Assembly (NCBI GenBank): GCA_037447605.1
Contig: CM074807.1
Span: 2,800,327 to 2,864,326, forward strand
Direction: 5' to 3'
Source: Zygnema circumcarinatum SAG 698-1b
Taxonomy: Eukaryota > Plantae > Zygnematophyceae
Length of the DNA: 64,000 nucleotides
Each line of letters starts with the position of its first letter. Within the stretch, counting starts at the first letter, position 1. This document shows positions 1 through 13,950 of this stretch, one piece after another. The position numbers and the translations under genes were made by a program. The notes beneath the pieces were generated by a model. The model searched no databases, was not told where the DNA came from, and saw only the letters and a list, made by a program, of their open reading frames with translations.

Positions 1-483
1 TTACTCGGACCCAGCAGAGTTAGGGCCAAGCGGGCACGCAGTGGCTTTCCCATCGCGCTTGACGATTTGAAAATCAATTATGCACAACAACGAGCAGGAT
101 GATTTTCAGGAAGAGCTTTGGCATTGATCTCACGATGGCGATTTTTTGCTTCATCATAAGGGCACTGTTGTGGGACGCACCTGGGAACATGAGGTTGAAT
201 GTGTCTGCCACAATTTAGAGAGAGAGATTTTGGGTGGTCGAGGCATCTCGAGAGGCTCTCATCCGGTTCGTTTCTGGAAAGTTCGGGATTCTTTATGCGC
301 TCATATATTTAAGTACTTTTATCATGGCATACAGTTTAGTCCTTCCGCGAAGACTGTTTGAAACTTTTACGTTGGCTAAGGATTCCGTGCACCTGCAATA
401 CCATAAGGCATTCATAACTGCAGACATTTCTTTTCACTGAACATTGCCTGACTCATCTCGGTTGGGTTGACATGGCAGTCCAG

Positions 484-1572
484 ATATATAGGTAAACTTT
501 TGGATAAGGCTAAGGCTAGAGAACGAGAGCAGGACATCATCTATGAACGCTTGCTGAGTAAGGAGCGGGCCAAGGAAGATCATTTGTATGGCGACAAGGA
601 AAAGTTTGTCACCAGAGCCTATAAGGAGAAATTGGCTGAACAGGCTATGTGGCTGGAACAAGAGAAGCGCAGAGAAGCCTTGGAGGCAGCTGATGATGTG
701 AGTTCACTGACTTAATGGCTGCAGTTGCTGGCGATTATGGCAACTAAAATGCTTATCAATTTTCTTGATACTAATGATGTGAAGCACTACCACAGATACG
801 GCATATTGCTCTTGATAGATGAACAAGTGTGTACATGGGTAGGATTAGATTGCCTTATCGCTGTGATTCACTGAAGGTGGGTTCGCTTTTGTCGTTGGAA
901 TATGTAAAGGATTGGTCCTCATTCTCATAGAAGAGTTTTCTCTTACGGGAAGTGTGAATGCAGGCTGTTCTTGCTCCTTGGTTGACGAAGCTTGACCTGC
1001 GGTTTTACTGGTCATACTGTAATGTTTTGCTGGTTATAGAATTTCAGATACACATCGTACATACCTATTTGAAGAAATATTGAAACGGTGGGAAGCGCAT
1101 TTTGCAGGTTACAAAAAAGGAGGATCTGGGCGATTTCTACCGCAATTTGCTGCAGAAAAATGTGGCATTTGGAGGCAAAGTGGAAGAAGTGCGACAGCCA
1201 CCTCCTAATGCTACAAGTGCAGTTGGGAGGCCTCCGGTAATAGGCCCAACCCTACCCTCGGAGGACAGACAAGAAAGTAGTGCGGCAGCTGGGCCGGGGA
1301 TATCTAGAGCTGTCAGTGAGGAAAGGGAGCCACACATAGGGAAACGCACAATTGAAGGGAGAGACGCACAGCCAGATGAGAGCCGTGAGCAGAAGCAGCG
1401 AGAGGCTGAAGGTGATGCAGAGGGCAACTCAGTCAGGCACACAGTGGAGAGGCCATCAACAGTGGCTGCAAAAACGAGTGACCAATCAGAGGCTCCAAGT
1501 AAAGCTGCTGCAGAAGAGAAAGCGGCTGCGGCTAGGGAACGATATCTTGCAAGGAAGAAGCAGCGGACTTAA
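484..1572 (+). CDS. NSRP1: Nuclear speckle splicing regulatory protein 1 / CCDC55 (DUF2040), last two exons; 5' end lies outside or upstream of the window
   Basis: Exons 484-697 and 1108-1572 joined by a GT-AG intron give YIGKLLDKAKAREREQDIIYERLLSKERAKEDHLYGDKEKFVTRAYKEKL...DDVTKKEDLGDFYRNLL..., ending AAARERYLARKKQRT*. This is the typical CCDC55 core and C-terminus. Confidence 0.9.
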
Positions 1573-2641
1573 TCTGTATGAAAATCTTAAAGTTGGCTAG
1601 CGTAATAGTGAGACGAGTACTGACCGAATTACAGGCGAGGAAGAGATGGGTGGATTTGTGAAAATGTTGTAGTCTTGTCTTGTCAATTGCTTGTTTTCTT
1701 GTGCCAAAGCTTCTCTTGGTGAAGAATGTTGGAAGGTTTGAAGCCTTCGCTATCAGCTTGTTCTCCCTATCTTGCACCCTGTGAAGCTCCACCATTACGA
1801 TGAGCTCTCGCTAAGAAAAGCTCGTCCTCGCCTTTCCACCATTCCTTCGCTCAAAACGACATTTCGTTCCTTTGCCTCGGCCTGCTTTCCCTCTTACCCC
1901 CCCCCCCCCCCACCCTATAGTGTACAGATGCCATGCCTTCGGCCCAGCGTCAATCCATGTTACGCCTCCACCCCCCAACGTTTTAGGATTTTTAGGGTTT
2001 TTAGGATGGGCCAGGCTTAAGCTCTGGAGCCATCACATCATGCGTGCCCCTCCTCCCTATATAGCAGTACGTTGCACAACAATATGAACAAAAGCAACAA
2101 CAACAAGAAGAAGCCATCAACAATTCGTCCCCTAGCACTGTGCCCCCCCCACCCCCCCCCCCTCAAAAAAAACCTCGCGAGGTTCGCGGTCAACAAATTG
2201 GGCCAAAAGGACCTCGTTGTACGAAATGGTACGAAGAGTCCGACGTCCGTACGCCTGTCAGTTTCAGTTACGGGGCCGTCCTCCCGTCGCGACAAAGCAA
2301 CCCAAGCTCACAGATGCGTGCCACGTGGACGGTTGCGATCGCTCCTACGCCCGCCGCCACCGAATGGCCAACCACCAATTTCGGAGCCGTCTCCATGCTC
2401 CCAGATCCGTTCCAGTAACTAGTCCATGTGACGACAGTTCAACGGATCCCGTGGGCCGTTCTCCCGCGATCTCGGCCGCACGTGCGGCACCGCCCGCCGC
2501 AGAAAGCGGGGGAGGGCTGCGGCGGCTTGGCGAGAGGGAGAGAGTGAGGGAGAGAGTGACAGTAGCTGCTGCTTGCTTGCTTCCAGCCGGCGTTGCAAGG
2601 GTTAGGTGTTTGGAGGAGGGGAGGAGGAGGAGGCAGCAGAA

Positions 2642-4798
2642 ATGGCGGAGGGAAAGAAGGAGCTACCGGCGGCGTGGAATGCAGCAAAACCTTTCTTGAA
2701 TGGCGGGCTCGCGGGAATGGGAGCGACCTGCGTCGTGCAGCCTATTGATATGGTGAAGGTGAGGAGGCGTAGATCTGTTCTAGGCTTATTGCCTGTTTTG
2801 GTTGAAGGGACGATCCGGCTGGTGCTCAGACGCGTATCTGTGGCGGGGGTTTTTGTATGCAGGTCCGGATCCAGATCAGTGGAGGAGGTCCGATGGCTGT
2901 GGCAAGCAAAATGATTGCGGAAGAAGGTTTTGGATCCATGTATAAGGTGAGATTTCATTTTTGGCGTCCAGTCGTCCTGCGTCCTGTCGATCTGCATTTC
3001 CAGCTTTCGGCGGAGTATGGCTTGTGTTGATCTAAATGACGCCTGCAACGCTTTGCTCCCATCCCAAGTACGCGACCCTTTTCTCAGTGCTAAACACGCT
3101 GAAATGACTTTCTTGTATATTTGTGCAGGGATTATCTGCGGGTTTACTGCGGCAAGCAACTTACACAACTGCGCGCTTGGGCAGTTTCAAGTGAGTTTGA
3201 AATACTGTCTTTAATGTATAATGAGTACGGAGGGGAGCTGTTAAACAGTTTCCCTTTGCTCTGTGGTTTTTGATTGTTATGGATTTGACCTTTGAAAGCT
3301 CTCAAAAAGATCGGTTCTCTTCCAGTGCTCTTGATTGCAGGAGCTCAGGCAACCTTTTAATTCCGATAGTGTTGTCTGCTTGCTACTGCAGGTGGTTGTC
3401 AGCGAAAGCTGTGGAGGCTAACGAGGGCAAGGCTCTGCCTCTGTATCAGAAGGCGCTCTGTGGTCTAACTGCCGGAGCTATTGGAGCGACTGTAGGAAGT
3501 CCCGCGGATTTGGCTCTGATCCGCATACAGGCCGACTCCATGCTGCCAGTTGCCCAGCGCCGAAACTACGCCAATGTCTTCAGCGCTCTCACTCGCATCG
3601 TTGGGGATGAGGGATTCCTTGCTCTTTGGAAAGGAGCTGGCCCAACCGTTGTTCGTGCCATGGCTCTCAACATGGGCATGCTGGCGTCCTATGACCAGTC
3701 TGTAGAATTCTTCAAGGATTCCATGGGCTTCACTGAAATCCCCACCGTCATTGGTTTGTTACTACCCCCTAGTTATCTAGTTGAGGAGGTGCAAAAGTCC
3801 ATTTTAAAATGCCTCTTTTTGTCTGTGGCGAGTCTAGGCATACCAGTTTAAACTTCTATTTGTTTACTTGCAGAAATGTGGATAATTGAATAAGTGCATT
3901 TGTTCCTTATAAGACTATCATCATTCGTTCAATAATTCTGACATTTTTGTTCCGCTTTGGTTGCAGGTGCCAGTGCTGTGTCAGGATTCTTTGCAGCTGC
4001 ATGCAGTTTGCCCTTCGACTATGTAAAGACACAAATACAAAAGATGCAGCCGGATGCGACTGGGAAACTTCCTTATAGCGGTTCTCTTGATTGTGCCATG
4101 AAGACTTTCGCTGCTGGAGGACCATTGAAGTTTTACACTGGATTTGGCACCTATTGCGTTCGTATTGCTCCTCATGTGATGGTAAGCTCTTAACTTCAAT
4201 CGCACAGATGACTGATGCGATTACTGCACATGGGACGAAGAGTGTTCTCAAAGCAAATCCAATTGTGTATGCATGTTATAGTTCTCGTCCAGGGCGTGGA
4301 GAACTTAGATTCAAGTTCAGAAACTAAGGTGGTGGAGTTTGGAGAACTGTGTTGTTGTTGTTGCTTTCTGAAAGCTTGACTGAAGTTTAGAATATTGATT
4401 TTGGCAAGGAAGAGTTGAAATGGCAGTCAGCAGCAGGGGGGGTGTGCCTGCGAACATTTTAGTTCTTTCGTTCTTCTATTCGTGCCGTGCTTTCTCTCTG
4501 TGGTCGGCCATTTCTAACTCGTCATATTTCCAATCGTCGACCTTAAGTCACGCAAACATTGTCTGAATAAAGGTCTTTAATGTTGTCCCCATATATGGGA
4601 TGGAGCATTTCATACCGAGGAACACCCATTGGGGTTTTGAAGGATGCTGACAGTGAAGTTTGAAACTCTCTGTATTGACCACTCGTGGGTGTCTGTCGTA
4701 CTGAACAATTCCATTTGCTTGTCATTTTTTTTGTCTTGCAGTTGACGTGGATCTTCCTCAACCAGATTCAGAAGTCAGAGAAGGCCCTGGGACTCTGA
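2642..4798 (+). CDS. DTC: Mitochondrial dicarboxylate/tricarboxylate carrier (SLC25 family)
   Basis: Six exons (2642-2758, 2863-2946, 3129-3190, 3392-3753, 3967-4181, 4742-4798), all GT-AG and in frame. Three carrier signatures: QPIDMVKVR, SPADLALIR, LPFDYVKTQ. Also GLSAGLLRQATYTTARLG and RIAPHVMLTWIFLNQ. Confidence 0.95.
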
Positions 4799-5483
4799 GT
4801 GTAGTGCCGTATGAGGAGAGCCACAAGGGGCTACTGTTGGAGAGAGAGGTGGGCCATTCTTTTTTGATTTGGAGACGAATTCCTTATTGGGAACTAGAGG
4901 TGATGGAGCACTGTCGTTCATGCTCCCTCGCCCCTATACCCTACGACCTATTCGCAGTCTAAGCTACGGTAGCACAACAGTAGAGAGTACACATGAATTC
5001 GGTGTAGGTCTGCTCCTGAGCGTGAGCCATTTTTTAACCCTAAAATTCGCCATTGGTTGACGGTTACCGCTATGGAGTGAGGATTGATTGGGCCGCAATA
5101 TGTAGGCGGTCGGTTATATGTGCCGCAGTCCAGCCGCACCTTTCTCCGACCCATTGTTGTAGAGTGCAGGTTACATGTCTTAAAGTATTTGTAACGTAAG
5201 GCAGCTCCAGAGCGGCAGAGCTCGTCGTTTCACTTCAAGTGGTTTCACTCCTTTTCAGATGGCTCTGGAGGGCAATGTGCAAGCTCTGTATGGATACGAC
5301 CTCCTCGGGAATATTTTCTGACTGAGAAATTTGCATTACGCCTTATTCGGCCAGATACATGTTGGCGTGCACAATTTTTTTTCACGTATGCTCTGTATAC
5401 AGATGATCTACAGATTAAAAGGCAGAAAACCTGTGGTTCATGCCCCCACGCTGAAGGAGACTGTTGGTCAATACCCTCCGGTC

Positions 5484-9195
<3,712 letters not shown>

Positions 9196-10814
9196 GGCGC
9201 TTCCCCCTCCTCCTAAACCTCTCCCACCCCCACTCTCTCTAACCCTCCCCCTCTCGACCCTCCTCCGCCTCCCTCTCTCCCTCTCCCTTGACCTCCCCCT
9301 TCCCCTCTCTCACTCGCCCAGTCTCACTTCCTCTCCCTCTCTCACCCTTTCCCCTCTCCCTCTCCCCTCCTCGGGCCAGATCGTACGGACACTCACCCCA
9401 AGTGGCTGCGTAGCCGTACGTTTGTACATACAGTACAAGCCAGGCGGCCCCCCACAGCTGTTTCAGGGCCGTGACAGGCCGTGACGGGCCGGAAGACAAC
9501 GCCGGCTCCATAAATTGAAAAAGAGTTTGCCAATCAGTGCTCGCCACGTGGACAATTGGACTCGAACGTCTTTCGTACGCCGAGCTTTGTCCGAACCTGT
9601 ACGGATGGTTGCGAGCCAGCGTGGCAGTCGTACGCCGGCGGATCTTTGGCAGTCACGTGGCGGCAAGCAACTGGTCATAAACGACGTTACGGCGCCACGG
9701 AGGCATGAATTCATCATCCCATGCATGCATGCATACATACATGCTGAAGACGACGAGTGCCTTGGGCCATCTTGCAACTCGCTCTCCCTCGCCGGGTTTT
9801 GGGTGGTCGGGTCACAAGCGGGGGGAGGCTGCCTGCTGGCTTCGGCGCAGCGCCTGAGAGGGAGAGAGAGGCGGCGGGAGGGAAGGGCCGCCGGGAGGGA
9901 ACATAATGCGTGATGCGAGCGAGCTGCATGTTGCCAAGGGCGGGGGGGCAATGGAAATGGAAATGGAGGAAATGGGCGGGATGTGCCGCGCAATGGAACG
10001 CATGCGCTGCGTGATGCTCGTGTGTCAGTGGAGAAAGGTTATGCGTTTCATACGTATCTAATTGGCATGGAAAAAAAATCATCGTTGCTTGTATAATCTT
10101 CCACCAAGAACAGTGGAGGGAGTTGAAATCTGCTCTTAAAGTAGCTGTTTTGAACAGGTTTGGCTAGCTCATCTTAAGCCCTGCATCTGCCACTTTCCTC
10201 CGTTTTACTTCCGATACAACCCCACAGGAAGTGGCCGTAAAGTTCCCAAATCCTGCCCGCCTGCCTGCCCGGGCCTGGGCAAATAAACACCAGGAAAGAA
10301 ATCGTCAAAGAACCAACCAACCAACCAGCAATGTGCGCGTGTCGTGTCGTGTCGTGACGTGACACGACGTGACACGACGTGACGTGACGTGACGTGACGT
10401 GACGTGACGTGACGTGACGTGACGTGACGTGACGTGACGTGACGTGACGTGACGTGACGTGACGTGACGTGACGTGACGTGACGTTGGCCGAGAGTGTGC
10501 CGGCGACGGACGGACGGTACGGTGTCGCTTGTGACGGAGGGTCAGGGGTTTGGAAGGCGCGGCCGCGGAGAGAGGGGCGGGGGGAGGGAGAGGGAGAGGG
10601 AGAGGGAGAGGGAGAGGCAGAGGGAGAGGGCGGGAGAGAGGGGGAGAGAGGCGAGGCAGGGAAGGGCAGGGACGGAGCTGCGAGGGGGAGGGCTGCAGGG
10701 CGGAGGCGGTGGTGGGGGCAGCGCCCCGCGGAGCCTCCCGAGGCCGCCACGCTGCCGCCTCTCGCGCTACGCGCTCCGCCCTCCACCCTGCGCCTGCAGC
10801 GCCGCCTGCAGGCC
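9196..10814. promoter_or_regulatory. Divergent promoter/5' leader region shared by NSUN5 (-) and FolD (+)
   Basis: Head-to-head ATGs at 9195 and 10815. Contains CCAAT-N9-CCACG (9530-9548), G-box cores (9544, 9654), GTAC clusters, RY-like CATGCATGCATGCA (9720-9733) and a (TGACG)n array. Confidence 0.7.
10339..10485. repeat. Pentanucleotide (GACGT/TGACG)n tandem array
   Basis: 22 perfect GACGT units at 10376-10485, preceded by degenerate GTGTC/GACAC units from about 10339. Confidence 0.98.
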
Positions 10815-12880
10815 ATGGCGGCTGCGAGCGGGCGCGCGCTCGTGGGCCATGCGCTGCTTTCGGAGGGCGCCCATGGCGGGAGGAGCGGGGCTTGGGCAGG
10901 GCGTGCAGCAGCCATGGCGGAGAATTTGCAGCTTCACGGCGCTGTGCTGAGACGGAGGGGAGCTTCAGCAGCAGCAAGCGCGCAGCTGAACGGTTATTTC
11001 CATGTAGCGGAGAGGGAGAGTGCGCTGAGGCAGCGTTGGATGGGAGAGCCTTTCGGGTGGCGGGGCTTGGATGACTGGAGATGGATGGCGGAGCCTAATC
11101 CCTGCTCCGCCGCCCTGGATGAAGGTACAATACTATTCGCCCGCTTCTGCGTGCGCGCTCCTGCACTCTTTATGACATATTTGGAGCTTTCTTAATAACT
11201 GCCCTTTGCTGAGACAGGGTGACCTTCAGCTGAGCGTTGTATTGACTAGTGATGCTCAGGCGTGAACGTGCAGCGAGCACCAGTGAGCAGCTTGCGGCTG
11301 TAATTGATGGAACTGCTATTGCGGGAGACATTCGGCTGGCCATAAAGGAAGAAGTGCAAAAAATGAAGGAGGAGGTTGGCAAGGTTCCGGGCCTTGCAGT
11401 GGTGCTGGTGGGAACGCGGAAGGACTCTCAGGCGTATGTGCGAATGAAGAAGAAAGCATGTGAGCAGACGGGCATTGAAAGCTTTGGAATTGACTTTCCG
11501 GAAGATGTCACTGAACAGGAGGTGCTGGAGGCTGTGGCACAATTGAATAATGACCCGCGGATTCATGGCGTGCTCATTCAGTTGCCACTTCCAAAGGCAC
11601 GTTCTGCGAACCTTTTCGTCTTTTGCTCATCTTTGAGTGGGGGAGAGGTTTTCATGGCAGGGGTGATATGGTTAGGCTGCAGAGGATTGGTATGCAAAGG
11701 TATGCGTTTTGTTATTCAGTGGACTTCTTCTTTTTGAAGTCGCTCTTGTATAAGTCCTAGGCTTGGTGTCCACAGCATGAATATTCGAGACAGGCCACTC
11801 TGTGTAGGTCGAGTTACTGGCTTGCCTTCAAACAATATGCTCAAGTGTGTACATGGGCTTTAAGGTCTTTCATACAAGCACCAGGGAAGCGGCTCCGTCG
11901 ACATTTGTAGTTTATCTCTGGCTTGACCATCTTTTCGTGCTTTAGTAGGGAAAAAGTACTCGCAGTTGAGGCATAGGTGAGTTGCGGGCACACTAAAGAG
12001 GATGCTGCTGAGGCTACGAGGGAAGGACGTGGCGTTTGTCCATGCAGCACATGAACGAGGAGCGTGTTCTTTCTGAAGTGAGCTTAGAGAAAGATGTAGA
12101 CGGCTTTCACCCCCTTAACATGGGGCGCCTGGCCATGGCTGGTCGTGAGCCCCTCTTTGCACCCTGCACTCCCTTGGGATGCATAGAGCTCCTTCACCGC
12201 TCAGGCATCTCACTGGCGGGCAAGCGAGCGGTTGTGATTGGCCGCAGCAACGTTGTGGGTCTGCCTGCTGCACTACTTTTGCAGGTGGGATATGAGAGTT
12301 GGCTCTGTTGCTACGCTCCTCCAGTGGGAAGTTTCAGAATTTTGCAACACATGATTTGACATCTGGCCATTCGCTTGGCAGTGGCTGAGCGATAGTGTAC
12401 GGGGTGCGACGGGGGTTGGGTTGTGGGCTGCAGCGCAACAACGCAACTGTGACGGTGGTGCATAGTCATACCCCAGACCCTGCTTCAGTGACCCGGGAAG
12501 CTGATATAGTGATCGCGGCAGTTGGTGTGGCAAACCTTGTGCGCAGTAACTGGTTGAAGCCGGGCGCTGTGGTCATTGATGTCGGCATCAACAGTGTGAA
12601 GGTGAGGCAAAGAAATTTTAACACTTGGCGAATTTCCACTCCGAGAGGGAATGACAGAGGGCCGGAATGACTTGATGGAGAATGTGGCGGCGGGGTGTTG
12701 CAGGATGAGACCGACAAGAGGGGCTACCGCCTTGTTGGTGATGTGTGCTATGAGGAGGCGCGCAGAGTGGCCTCTGCCATCACTCCTGTTCCGGGGGGAG
12801 TTGGTCCCATGACCATTGCCATGCTTCTGAGGAACACTCTGATTTCAGCCAGGCGGGCATATGGCCTCCAGGAGTCTTAA
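10815..12880 (+). CDS. FOLD: Bifunctional methylenetetrahydrofolate dehydrogenase/cyclohydrolase with N-terminal organellar transit peptide
   Basis: Exons 10815-10992 (less certain), 11274-11596, 12048-12284, 12434-12601, 12704-12880. Motifs [29 protein letters not shown]|[44 protein letters not shown]. Intron 2 is GC-AG. Confidence 0.95.
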
Positions 12881-13177
12881 GAGGCAGGCGGATGTTAGAG
12901 GAGGGAGGATGGGCGAAGGGACTTCAGGCAGCCAAGCATGTGGCTGTAGGGCTCTGCCCGCATTCTGCATTCTTTCTGTGCATCATTGGAGAGAGAATAA
13001 GGGCACACGTCAGAGGAGTAAGTTGAAACGGTTTCCAGGGCAGCCGTTTCACCTCAGTCCCATTTTTGCTCGGTTAGGAGTCGTTCCTGCTGGCGTGAGC
13101 TTTACCGGCTTACTAAATTTGCCATATTTTAAAAACGGAAGTATCGCTTTAGTCAATGAGTTCTGGAAGCCGAGCTG

Positions 13178-13673
13178 TCTCCAGTCGAGCGCTAGTATTG
13201 GGTATATACATATTGGGTTTTTCAAATGATATTTTTTCCCATTTTTTAGATCTTTTCCAGTTTTGCGTGTCATCAGTTACATATTGAGCAAGGCATAATT
13301 TTCCTGCTCGTAATCTTGGGAGCCTCTCATCAGAGAATGGTCTTGCGCAGAGTATGCGTACTTGCTGGCATCGGCTGACGGAAAGACTACAAGATTAGTC
13401 TTCATAGATAGGTCCGACTGAATCACAGACGACAATGAAAATGTGATGCAATAATGTGATGCAATGTTTTAGCGTTCTGAATTTCACTAATTACTGAGAA
13501 TGTATCAAGTCAGTCCCGTCGGTCGAGTGCCTGAAGGCCGCGATAACTGCAAAGGCCATACTATGCTCTAGCTAAGACATTCCCGGACTTTTTAGTCAAG
13601 GAAAATTCAAAGGAGCTCGGGACCAAAATGAAAAAAAGATTGCCAAAACCAATACCCAGCGCTCGGCTGGAGA
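13178..13673. mobile_element. Degenerate MITE-like element (possibly Tourist/PIF-type) between convergent FolD and PQ-loop genes
   Basis: Left arm tctccagtcgagcgctagtattgg (13178-13201) is the near reverse complement of the right arm ccaatacccagcgctcggctggaga (13649-13673). T-rich/A-rich similarity continues inward. No clear TSD. Confidence 0.5.
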
Positions 13674-13950
13674 TGAGAGGGGTACAACAGGAGAAGGATA
13701 TCGATGAAATTTTAATTCCGCTATCTACCTTTACAATCCATCCCGACTCGGAGTGCTGGAGGAAGCTGCCCTGCCTGAAGCCTTACACTTGGAATGCCGT
13801 GGAACCTTCCCTCACAAGAAGGGATTCTCTGTACAAGGCTGCCTACACCTGCTAAGACCATCAGTGGCTGCGTCAAAAAATCTACATAGAAAATATTGCG
13901 AACAGGGGATGGAGCAATTTTAGGCAAAAGCTGACGCTGCCATACGCGCT

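Noticed and set aside
1981-2009. Degenerate TTTTAGG(G) repeats upstream of DTC
   Set aside because: Only three imperfect units. They could be telo-box-like but are too short to call interstitial telomere or a regulatory site.
10174-10977. ORFs with VTSRH repeats; the repeat as a possible CRISPR-like array
   Set aside because: Translations of the 5-bp SSR. There are no spacers and no cas genes, and the context is eukaryotic.
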